Assembly (NCBI GenBank): GCA_965217585.1
Contig: OZ244561.1
Location: 5,312,001 to 5,376,000 of the forward strand
Reading direction: 5' to 3'
DNA length: 64,000 nucleotides
DNA from: Candidatus Latescibacterota bacterium
GTDB lineage: Bacteria > Latescibacterota > UBA2968 > UBA8231
Under the pieces are notes generated by a model. That model ran no database searches, had not been told where the DNA came from, and was given only the letters and a program-made list of their open reading frames with translations. The position numbers and the translations under genes were made by a program. Below are positions 17,616 to 26,634 of this stretch, piece after piece (within the stretch, counting starts at the first letter, position 1; each line of letters starts with the position of its first letter).

Positions 17616-19571
17616 GTGCGTAACAGCAATTCATTAGATGGCTCCAAGCCCCCTCGGATCACCGTACGTGCCCTGATTCTGGGGGGGCTGACCATTGTCG
17701 CTGTATTCTCCTACCTCATCCTCGAGGTCGGACAAGCATCGGGGTCGGGGAGCTATGTCCGCTCGCAGTTCCCCATGGTGGCCTTTATGCCCTTCGTGCT
17801 GTGGCTGTTTCTCAACGCCGCCTGCGGGCACTTGTGGCCCCGGCTAGCCCTAAACCGAGGGGAACTGCTGACCATTTTCACCATGCTCTGGGTGGTGGGT
17901 GCTCTGCCGCAGTGGGGCTGGAGCGACTACTGGATTGCCATTATCGGAGCGCCCTTCTACATGGCCACACCTGAAAACCAGTGGTCGGACCTGCTCTTTC
18001 CCTATTTGCCTTGGCGCGTTTTTCCCGACTCCTCTCCTCGGGTGCTAGATACTTTCTGGATGGGTCTGCCTCAGGGGGCGGCGGTGCCGTGGGATGGCTG
18101 GGTCGGGGCAATTATCCAGTGGATGGGGGCCTCGCTGGGTATGGTGGTATTCGGCTTTTGCTTGGTGGTGCTATTCCAGCGCCAGTGGATGGAAGCCGAA
18201 AAACTCACCTTCCCGCTGGCGCAGATGCCCCTCGATCTGACGCGGGGCTTCGACGGGCCGCGACGGGTGCCCGACCTGTTCCGCTCGGGTCTGTTCTGGA
18301 TCGGCTGCGGGGTTGTCTTATTGCCTCTACTCTACAATATCGGCGCATACTTCACGCCGGGCTTGCCGCTGTTTGAACTCTATACCAAACGCTTCTACCT
18401 CGAATTGCCCCGCCCTTTCTCGGGTCTGACCATCCGCGTTCTGCCTTTGGTTATGGCTTTGACCTATCTATGTCCGCTGGATATCCTGGGCAGCCTAGTC
18501 GTCTTCGCTCTGCTGGCTACGGTCAAAATAGGGCTGATGGATCGGGTGGGACTAGTCGTAGGTGCGGAGGGGCAGCCTTTGGCGCCGCAGGCGATCCTCT
18601 CGCTGGAAAGCCTGGGGGCCATCGTCTTTGTGGCCTGCTGGTCTGTGTACTTAGCCCGCCGGCACTTGCGAGAAGTGTGGCGACAGGTACGCACCGGGGA
18701 GGGGGACCGGCGCCAAGTCGGGATCTATCGCTTGGCCTTGGTCGGTCTGATCCTGTCGGCCCTCTATGTCATCGCTTGGGCTTGCAGTCTGGGGGCGAGT
18801 TTGCCGCTGGCCACCGGTGCCTTTGTCCTGATGGTATCGACCTTTTTCGTCACCATCAAACTCATTGCGGCCACGGGCTTTCCGTACCTCATGCCCAGTT
18901 GGTCCAATGCCAAGGGGAGTTCTTTCATCGTCGATTTGGTGGGCTCGGCCCGCCTGTCGCCGCAGGACCTGGTCGCCTTCAAGATGTTCACCGGTCATGC
19001 TTTTTTCGGCAATATCCGCCTGCCGGCTTGGCCCGCCATCCCGCACCATCTGCGCATTTTCTCGTTACGGGATCAGCCGTGGCTGGTGACCGCTACGGTG
19101 CTAGTCGCCTTTGCAGCGGGTTTTCTAACCGCGGTATGGGCCAGCCTCGAGATGGCCTATGACAAAGGGGGGGCCGTTTTTCTGATGGGTGCGACCGGCC
19201 TCTTAGACGAAACAGTGCATCTGCTGCAAAATCCCAGAGTAGGGGATCCGGGGAAGTGGGGCGTCTGGGGCTGGGGCTTGTTGCAGGCGGGGGGTATAGC
19301 GCTGTTACGGGCTCGCTTTCACTGGTTCTCGCTCCATCCCATTGGGCTGGCCTTTCAGCATACCTCGGGCACATCCATCTATTGGTTCAGCCTGTTTTTG
19401 GTCTGGATAGCTAAACTACTGCTACTGCGCTACGGCGGAGTCAGAGCGTACCGCAAGGGCAAGCCCTTTTTTTACGGCTTGGGCGTGGGCTATGTAATCG
19501 GCGTCGTGCTCTCGGGAGTAGTGGATGTAATCTGGTTTCCTTTGCAGGGCCACAACGTGCATGACTGGTAA
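17616..19571 (+). CDS. DUF6785/DUF6784-like membrane protein, divergent paralogue
   Basis: YMATPEN, RQWMEAEKLTFPLAQMPL, LHPIG, PFFYGL; 12 bp after the previous paralogue. Confidence 0.75.
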   Translation: MRNSNSLDGSKPPRITVRALILGGLTIVAVFSYLILEVGQASGSGSYVRSQFPMVAFMPFVLWLFLNAACGHLWPRLALNRGELLTIFTMLWVVGALPQWGWSDYWIAIIGAPFYMATPENQWSDLLFPYLPWRVFPDSSPRVLDTFWMGLPQGAAVPWDGWVGAIIQWMGASLGMVVFGFCLVVLFQRQWMEAEKLTFPLAQMPLDLTRGFDGPRRVPDLFRSGLFWIGCGVVLLPLLYNIGAYFTPGLPLFELYTKRFYLELPRPFSGLTIRVLPLVMALTYLCPLDILGSLVVFALLATVKIGLMDRVGLVVGAEGQPLAPQAILSLESLGAIVFVACWSVYLARRHLREVWRQVRTGEGDRRQVGIYRLALVGLILSALYVIAWACSLGASLPLATGAFVLMVSTFFVTIKLIAATGFPYLMPSWSNAKGSSFIVDLVGSARLSPQDLVAFKMFTGHAFFGNIRLPAWPAIPHHLRIFSLRDQPWLVTATVLVAFAAGFLTAVWASLEMAYDKGGAVFLMGATGLLDETVHLLQNPRVGDPGKWGVWGWGLLQAGGIALLRARFHWFSLHPIGLAFQHTSGTSIYWFSLFLVWIAKLLLLRYGGVRAYRKGKPFFYGLGVGYVIGVVLSGVVDVIWFPLQGHNVHDW

Positions 19572-19580
19572 TACCCATGC

Positions 19581-20870
19581 TCAGGCATTAACTCCGTAGA
19601 CCATCGCCGGATTGTCGCGAAAGGTCGCTTGGGCCACGTCGAGCGCTGTCGACTCGGATAGCAAGCCCTCTTCCAGCAGAGCTCCCAGCGCATAGGCGAA
19701 ATTCCGGCGTGCCATCTGCAAGTGTCCGTAGACCGTCTCGACCTGCTGCAAGTCATCCCCAAAGGCGATGATTTTGTTGTAGGGCACCATCTGGAGCCAC
19801 TCTCGCAGATCTAGCCGAGACCCGAAGGGGGAGATTATGTGGATCCAAGACATATTCAGATAGACATTGGCAAAGGTCTTGCCCAACACGGCACCCTCGC
19901 GCAGATAGGGGAAGCCGGCATGGGAGAGGTCAAAGCGGACTTGAGGAAAGGCCTGCAGCAAGGGGATGAGTGGCACTGGACTACACCCTTCCATACCCCC
20001 ATTGTTGCCAGCTCGCATGCCTAGGTGGAACTGGACAGTCAGGTCAGCTTCCGCAGCGGCCTGGCAGCACTCGAAGACTAGGTAGTCCTCCAGCAGTGCA
20101 CCTTCTGCCGAATCAAGCCCAGCGTAGTCGCCCTGCAACAGACGGTCGAAAATAACAGCGGCTTGGCCGGCGTCCCGCTCTTTGAAGTCCATGCGGCGGT
20201 GGTAGGATTGCGACATTTTGACCCCAGCCACCCGGGCTTCCTTCCAGTCTTGGCACACCTGTCGAATTACTGCGACGTGCTGGCGTAGATCGCCGATGGA
20301 CACATCGTAGTCGCGCTCTATCGCGTGGATTTGCTCAGCCGTGCGGAGCATGCTGAAGCGGTTGAGGCGGGGCAGGGGCAGGAATAAGGTCCGGTCCACC
20401 TCAATCAGATCTTCCATATTGACCACTGACATTGCGAGATTGGCCCGCTGCTGCAGCACCGTTTTGTAGAAGCCCGGTTTGCTATGTGCTTGGATGGCCT
20501 CAGAGAGCGGTTCAACCGTGGCAGCCGTCAGATCGTCGAAGCCGAGCAGATCGCGGAAGCCGGTCAAGATGCACTGGGAGTACCCGGTCAGGCGGATCCG
20601 GTTCCAGTACGGCTCGAACAGACACCACCGCTGGTCCAGCGGGCGTCGAGCGTCGAAAAGGGCCTCTTTATTCTCGGGAGAGAGGCCGGCAACCACCAAG
20701 TCGGCGGTTGGATAGGCGTGGTTGAAAAAGGCGAGAGCGTCTATCTCCTGCGCTAGGCGCTCGGCTTCCGGCCCCATGTGGGAGTGGGAGTTGACACACG
20801 GAATTTTTTCAATTTCTGCAAAGAGAGACTCCACCAATCCCAGATCTGGCGCAGAGACGGTACTTCGCAT
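19581..20870 (-). CDS. Amidohydrolase-family metalloenzyme
   Basis: N-terminal NSHSH, QFHLG, LSHAGFPY, FGDD; last gene of the minus-strand barrel operon. Confidence 0.8.
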   Translation of the reverse strand: MRSTVSAPDLGLVESLFAEIEKIPCVNSHSHMGPEAERLAQEIDALAFFNHAYPTADLVVAGLSPENKEALFDARRPLDQRWCLFEPYWNRIRLTGYSQCILTGFRDLLGFDDLTAATVEPLSEAIQAHSKPGFYKTVLQQRANLAMSVVNMEDLIEVDRTLFLPLPRLNRFSMLRTAEQIHAIERDYDVSIGDLRQHVAVIRQVCQDWKEARVAGVKMSQSYHRRMDFKERDAGQAAVIFDRLLQGDYAGLDSAEGALLEDYLVFECCQAAAEADLTVQFHLGMRAGNNGGMEGCSPVPLIPLLQAFPQVRFDLSHAGFPYLREGAVLGKTFANVYLNMSWIHIISPFGSRLDLREWLQMVPYNKIIAFGDDLQQVETVYGHLQMARRNFAYALGALLEEGLLSESTALDVAQATFRDNPAMVYGVNA

Positions 20871-20921
20871 AATAGGTGCTTCCTTCTTTATGGAATCGGG
20901 AGTAGAATCTGCCGCCCGGCA

Positions 20922-23699
20922 TCAATCTTTCAGGCTGGCGTACATCGTCATAAACACGGTACTATCCAGCTGCGACCGGTCATCTCTTTCGACTCGCTCG
21001 CGACTGATTCTACGGATACTGTAGCCGAGTTGGGCCGTAAGCACATAGCCTAGGTACTGCCCCCTGTTCGAAAGTTGCATAGCCAAGACCGTGCTGTTGA
21101 AATCCTCGGTGAATTCACCCGCTGCTAAATCGTCCTCATCAACCACCGAATTCCTGAAGAAGAGTTGTTCTATACCCGTCTCTATGGTCGTTCGCCGCAG
21201 AACGGGGAATTTAAAAGTCAGGAAGAACAAACCAGTCCATTGATCTCGCACAGGGCGCACACCTCCCATAGAATAAGGAGTATTGTCCTTGAGCAATTCG
21301 CTCTTGATCTTCGGTCGCACCGTCAGAGTTTTGTACTGGTACAGATAGTCGGCCTTGTTGATGATCCCGAGGAAACGCGTATCGTCCTTAAAACCTAGAT
21401 TGTTACCTTTCTCCCGCTGCCTCACGGTCTCGTACTTGAATTTATTGGAAAAATTGACCCCGATATTTGTCCGACGGTCCAAACCCAGCCAAAAGGTATT
21501 GATATAGGTATCTTGGGCGAAGAGGGGATCGTCTATTGCTTGGTGCGATCCGGGCAGACCTGGAACTTGTACCCATTGAAAGAGATCGTCCTGAATATTG
21601 TCTTCCGCCTTTTTGATCATGTCGAAGATGCTCACCTGTCCGATCCGGGCGTACTCCTTTTCAAAGCTCACTAGGGCGTACGTGGTCAGATTTTGGCGGT
21701 CGTCCGAAAGGAGCTGTTCGCGGGCCTGCCCGGCGGTGAGTTGCAGGTGCGGAGTTACCTGATTGCGCAGGTACAGGTTGTAGCCCTTGCGATCCCTCTT
21801 GTAAGGATAATCGGGCAGGTTGTCGTTTTCGAACTGGTCGACCCAGCCGTTGTTGTTGAGATCGATACCGAAGAGGTATTCAGGGCGGTCTGAACCATAG
21901 CGCAGGAAGGGTTCCTCGTAGTCAGGGAAGCGGTTCTCACTGAAGATGTTGCTGTTTTGGTTGAAGTCGGAGATGAAATCGTTGTTCTGATCCCAGCCGG
22001 GGAACACCGCCTCGTCGGCGAAACCTTCGGCGGATCTTCCGGTTCTGGTAGCGCGGAATTCCTCTCCGGTCCTAGGATCTTGATAGCGCCGCTTTTGGTC
22101 GGGTTTCTTGTCCTGATCGTCGTTGTCATCGACGAAGTCATAGATGCTCCTGGTCCCGTCTTCGTAATCTATCCGGCCGCTACCGTCCGATATGAAGGGA
22201 CTGGTATTGTAGGCCTCATCCATGTAGAAGCCCTCGACAAAGAGGGACCAAGAGAAGACCGATTTGGACAGATTCATCATCCAGGCTTTGGCGTTTTCGT
22301 CACCGACGAGTCCCGAGTAAGCCCTGTGCGTCTGCACCCGGCGGTTGGGGTATTTTCTGTACTGGTGGTTCACATCGAACTCGGTGTAAAAGTCAAATCC
22401 CAGGAAATCCTGGGCCTCGATCGTGAAGCCCAATAGCTGGTTAGCAGTGGGCAAGCCGTAGTTGAAGACCACTTCGCGCTTATTCGATCCGTCCTGAATA
22501 TTGCCTTCGGCCTGGGCCATCAGCAGAAAGACCGGCTGTCCTTCAAAGTTGGTCTGCTGATCGGAAGTGATCTCGATCCGATAGTCGTTGACTAGGACCA
22601 GTCTGAAGCGGAGATCCCGGATGTTGTTGATGGCATCCTTGTCGTCGAGAATCACGGCTAGGTCGTTCAAGTCGTAACGCAAGGTGATCTGTTCCGTACC
22701 GTTGGCCGTGCGCACGCCTTCTATGATGGTGCCCCCCTGCCTATGGGGTGTGAAGCCGATCTCATTGCCGACTAGCACGGTGTCTCTGTCTCCGATAGCC
22801 GTCGCTATTTCTACATTATCCGCTAGTAGGACGCTCCCCCCGACATCATCGGCCGGTGAGTCGTCGCTCAGCCGGATGACAATAGTACTGATCTGGTTTT
22901 GTAATTGCAGCGAGGTTAATTCCCCTTTGAAGGGATTGCCCTCAAAGCTCTGCACGGTCCCCCGGCCGTTGTGGGAATTGACGAAGACCCCTCCCAAGGT
23001 AATGGCATCACCTAGCCGGACTCTGGTCCGGCCCCCTATCAGGTTGGTGTAGTTGTTGAAAGAGGCCGGATTCGGGTCGGCGATGAAGCCCGGTGCGCTG
23101 ATGCGAGAAAAGATACCAGTTAGCTCGACCACGTCCGACATGAGATCGACTTGGGCACCGTTGTACACAGACTTGCGAAAGGTCATTGGCGTCAGGGTCG
23201 TGACCAGTTCGTCGCCAACGGAAATGGAAAAGGAATATTGACCTTTCTGGTCGGAGGCTACAATCAATGAGCTAAAGAAACCGGCATATGCTCCTCTTTT
23301 CAGCAGACGGCTGCCCTCGGAGATTCTCGGGTGATCCTCGGTCCAGTCGTAGACCAACCATCCTCTGGTCAGGAAATTTCCGTACACATCGTAGAAATAA
23401 TCGCCCCAGAGGCTTTGCGCCACATATCTCTGATAGGGGTTGCCAGCGTAGTTAGTGTACTGCCAAGTCTGCCACTGGTACTCCTGATACAGCTCTTGGG
23501 GCAGATACCGTTTCCGCACCGATGGCTCCACGTTGCCCAGCAGGGTCTTGGGACCCTCAGAGCGATACACCACTGTGCCGTCATTGGCTTGGTGCCCTAA
23601 GCGAGCTCCATAGTTTTGCGCAGCCCATCCAGTAGCGGACGATAAAGCTAGTACGCAGAGTATCCCCACAACATACCACGAGCCGTACCTTTTTAGCAT
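20922..23699 (-). CDS. Large exported protein, putative outer-membrane beta-barrel with Asp/Asn-rich loops (paralogue B)
   Basis: Signal peptide; DDNDDQD, GWDQNNDFISDFN, IDLNNNGWVD motifs; amphipathic strands at the C-terminus ending VFMTMYASLKD. Confidence 0.6.
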   Translation of the reverse strand: MLKRYGSWYVVGILCVLALSSATGWAAQNYGARLGHQANDGTVVYRSEGPKTLLGNVEPSVRKRYLPQELYQEYQWQTWQYTNYAGNPYQRYVAQSLWGDYFYDVYGNFLTRGWLVYDWTEDHPRISEGSRLLKRGAYAGFFSSLIVASDQKGQYSFSISVGDELVTTLTPMTFRKSVYNGAQVDLMSDVVELTGIFSRISAPGFIADPNPASFNNYTNLIGGRTRVRLGDAITLGGVFVNSHNGRGTVQSFEGNPFKGELTSLQLQNQISTIVIRLSDDSPADDVGGSVLLADNVEIATAIGDRDTVLVGNEIGFTPHRQGGTIIEGVRTANGTEQITLRYDLNDLAVILDDKDAINNIRDLRFRLVLVNDYRIEITSDQQTNFEGQPVFLLMAQAEGNIQDGSNKREVVFNYGLPTANQLLGFTIEAQDFLGFDFYTEFDVNHQYRKYPNRRVQTHRAYSGLVGDENAKAWMMNLSKSVFSWSLFVEGFYMDEAYNTSPFISDGSGRIDYEDGTRSIYDFVDDNDDQDKKPDQKRRYQDPRTGEEFRATRTGRSAEGFADEAVFPGWDQNNDFISDFNQNSNIFSENRFPDYEEPFLRYGSDRPEYLFGIDLNNNGWVDQFENDNLPDYPYKRDRKGYNLYLRNQVTPHLQLTAGQAREQLLSDDRQNLTTYALVSFEKEYARIGQVSIFDMIKKAEDNIQDDLFQWVQVPGLPGSHQAIDDPLFAQDTYINTFWLGLDRRTNIGVNFSNKFKYETVRQREKGNNLGFKDDTRFLGIINKADYLYQYKTLTVRPKIKSELLKDNTPYSMGGVRPVRDQWTGLFFLTFKFPVLRRTTIETGIEQLFFRNSVVDEDDLAAGEFTEDFNSTVLAMQLSNRGQYLGYVLTAQLGYSIRRISRERVERDDRSQLDSTVFMTMYASLKD

Positions 23700-23788
23700 G
23701 GATCCCTCCTATTGGACTGTGCGCAAAAGGACGGAGTGCCCAAGGCAAGATTCTCGCTTGTTCCACAGGTGTAATCAGCGCCTGCCAT

Positions 23789-26575
23789 TTACTGTTCCAC
23801 CCCGGCGTAGATGGTTATGAAGGTAGTGGTGCCAGTCTCGATGGTGGACTTTTTGTCGACCTCCAGATCCATCATCTCGATGGTCTCTAAGGATTTCCTA
23901 GATAGTCGGAACCCTGTCTGTAGCAGTAACACGTACCCTAGGTAATCCGTCGTGGTTGACCACTGAACGGCTAGGTTAGTCTCGTTTAGATCCCCCGTCG
24001 GTCCCACTACGCTCTCCTGGACCAAAGCATCTTCGTCTGCTTTCAATTCTCTTAGCTGCCTGAACTCCGTGCCCATTTCAATCATCGAATACCTCAGCAC
24101 TGGGAATTTGAGGATCACCGACAAGAATCCATCCCATTCCTCGATATCTGCCTCGCGGCGCAAGAATGGTGTGCGCTTCAAGTACTGGCTTTTGAAGCGC
24201 GGCTGAATGCTCAGACCTTCAAATCGGTAGGTATAATCCGCTTTGTTGATAAGCCCGAAAAAGGACGACCTATCGTGGAGCGGACTTCTGTCCAAAGCTC
24301 TGAGATCATCGCTGCGCTGAACGTACAGATCGTATTTGATCGTATTGCGGATGTTCAACTGCGGAATCCGCGTATAGTCGAATCCGATGAACAGGGAATT
24401 CACCCAGGTATCTTGGGCGGGCAGAATATCGGCGACCTTGGCGGGCAGACCCGCCAAGAGAAATCCCTGGGGCGCACGGCGGTCATCGGGGATGGTGTCT
24501 TTGGCTCGTTTTAGCATATCGAACACCCGCAAGCGCCCTAGGCCGGCCCAATTCTCATCCACGGTCACCAGCCCGTAGGTGGTCGTATTCTCTCGCGCGG
24601 AGGAGAGCAGTTCCTCGCGGGTCTGTCCCACGCTCACCCTGACACCCGGGATGACATGAGCGCCGGAATAGGCATTGTAGCCTCTGTGGTCCCTCTTGTA
24701 GGGAAAATCTGGCTCGTCGTCGTTCTCGAAACGGTCAATCCAGTCGTTGTTGTTCAAGTCAATGCCAAAGAGAAATTCCGGCCGGTCGACCTCATACCTG
24801 AGAAAGGGCTCGTCGTAATCGGGGATGCGATTGCTGATTGTCCGATTGTCGTTCTGGTTGAAATCGCTTACGAAGTCGTTGTTTTCGTCCCAGCCGGGGA
24901 AAATGGAAAAATCGGGACCCGGCTGACCGCCTCGCTGCCAATCGGGAGTGCGATCCTGATCGTCGTTGTCTTCGACGAACTCGTAGAAAAACTGGGAAGG
25001 CTGGTCGTAGTTGATATCGCCATTTTGGTTGAGTAGGAAGGAACTAGTGGAGTAGTCGTAGTCCATGGAAAAGGCCTCGCCGAAGAGGAACCAAGGATAA
25101 TCCTGAAAGGAGAGGTTCATCATCCAAGCATCCGCTCGGGTCGAAGCGTCCTCAAAGGAACGGTCGTCGGTAAACAAGGCAAGGTTGGGATACTGCCTGA
25201 ATTTATGGTTGATGTCGTACTCGCCGTAGAAGTTGAAACCTAGGACGTCCTGCGCCTCAATGGTAAAGCCATAAATCTGCGTGGCAGTGGGTAGGCCGTA
25301 GTCGAAAACCAGCCTTCTCCGGTTGGAGCCGTCCTTGGTATTGTCGGGCGCACGGGCGATCTCGAGTAAGACCGGATTCCTCTCGTCGAGGGTCGCTCTG
25401 GTCAGAGGCGCTTCCGGCGGGGTTTCCTGCCCGGTCTGGCGGTCGGACCACACCTCGACTTTGTAGTCGTTGGCCAGTACCAAATCAAAGGTCATTTTTA
25501 CGATCTCAGTCGGGTCGGGACCGATATAGGCCGGATCGTTAAAATCGTAGTTGATGATGATCCGCTGAATGCCGTTGGCCGCCAAGAAACCCTCTTCCCG
25601 AAAACCGCCTTCTATGACTGGCCAGCGCGTTGGATCGTTGGTTAGGTCGGCAAGGCTGAGCGTTTCGCGGATTCCGTTCTGGAAATCTTCGCGCACCACG
25701 ACTAAATCGTGGGAAAAGAGCGCGGTTCCTCCCTCCCCGTCTTCGGGAGAATCATCGCTGAGCACGAGGGCGATAGCGTTGATAGGCACTCTGGCCTGCC
25801 CGTCGCCCAGTGTGCCCTTGGTGGGGTTGCTGTCGAAGGAGCCCAGCGTGGTACGGGTGTTGTGGGCATTGACCCAAGTCGCGCCGACGGTGACGAAATC
25901 GCCCACCTGGGCTAGGGCCCGGCCGCCGATCATATTGGTGGCATTGGTCCGGGTATCGGCACTGGAGACGGACGACCTGACTGGGCTACTAATCCTCGAA
26001 AGGAGGAGCGTGCCAGCGTATTTATCGGCGGCGAAATCTAGCTGAATGCCGTTGAATGCCGGCTTGGAAAAGGTCATGGGGGTGAGCGTGGTGCGTATCT
26101 GATCCCCTGTAGTTATGGAGTAGAGAGCACCGCCTTTTGAATCCGCGGCGATCAACACTTGGTTGAACCAACCCTGATACCTCGAATCTTGGTAGATGGA
26201 ACTGCCCAGAGGGGTCAAGGCTTCCTGACGCCAGTCGTAGATGAGCCATCCCCGGTTGACGAAATTGCCGAACGTGTCGTAGAAATATTCGCCTTCCCGA
26301 GTAGTGTTGACGTAGCGCTCATAGCGATCTCGGGCATAGTTGGAGTATTCCCAAGTCTGGAAGCGGTAATCGTGGTAGAGTTCTTGGGGGACATACCACC
26401 GTTTCACTGTGGGATCAAGGGCATCGAAAAACACCCCTGGTCCCAAGGGTTCAAAGGTGACCTTGCCACCCCTTTGCTGCCCAAGGCGGTTGTTGTAGTC
26501 TTGGGGAAAAGCCGTCGTACTCAAAGCCGCGACTATCCACAGTGCTATCCATACTCTGTAACCTGTATCTACCAT
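23789..26575 (-). CDS. Large exported protein, putative outer-membrane beta-barrel (paralogue A)
   Basis: Colinear with 20922..23699 (PQELY, TTLTPMTF, LSDDSP, YGLPTA, FPGWD, GIDLNNN, INKADY); ends TFITIYAGVEQ. Confidence 0.6.
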   Translation of the reverse strand: MVDTGYRVWIALWIVAALSTTAFPQDYNNRLGQQRGGKVTFEPLGPGVFFDALDPTVKRWYVPQELYHDYRFQTWEYSNYARDRYERYVNTTREGEYFYDTFGNFVNRGWLIYDWRQEALTPLGSSIYQDSRYQGWFNQVLIAADSKGGALYSITTGDQIRTTLTPMTFSKPAFNGIQLDFAADKYAGTLLLSRISSPVRSSVSSADTRTNATNMIGGRALAQVGDFVTVGATWVNAHNTRTTLGSFDSNPTKGTLGDGQARVPINAIALVLSDDSPEDGEGGTALFSHDLVVVREDFQNGIRETLSLADLTNDPTRWPVIEGGFREEGFLAANGIQRIIINYDFNDPAYIGPDPTEIVKMTFDLVLANDYKVEVWSDRQTGQETPPEAPLTRATLDERNPVLLEIARAPDNTKDGSNRRRLVFDYGLPTATQIYGFTIEAQDVLGFNFYGEYDINHKFRQYPNLALFTDDRSFEDASTRADAWMMNLSFQDYPWFLFGEAFSMDYDYSTSSFLLNQNGDINYDQPSQFFYEFVEDNDDQDRTPDWQRGGQPGPDFSIFPGWDENNDFVSDFNQNDNRTISNRIPDYDEPFLRYEVDRPEFLFGIDLNNNDWIDRFENDDEPDFPYKRDHRGYNAYSGAHVIPGVRVSVGQTREELLSSARENTTTYGLVTVDENWAGLGRLRVFDMLKRAKDTIPDDRRAPQGFLLAGLPAKVADILPAQDTWVNSLFIGFDYTRIPQLNIRNTIKYDLYVQRSDDLRALDRSPLHDRSSFFGLINKADYTYRFEGLSIQPRFKSQYLKRTPFLRREADIEEWDGFLSVILKFPVLRYSMIEMGTEFRQLRELKADEDALVQESVVGPTGDLNETNLAVQWSTTTDYLGYVLLLQTGFRLSRKSLETIEMMDLEVDKKSTIETGTTTFITIYAGVEQ

Positions 26576-26634
26576 CAGGTGTCCCTCCCGTTAGCAAGCG
26601 CTTCTCAGAAGCAATCCATACCCCGGTCCAGCCT

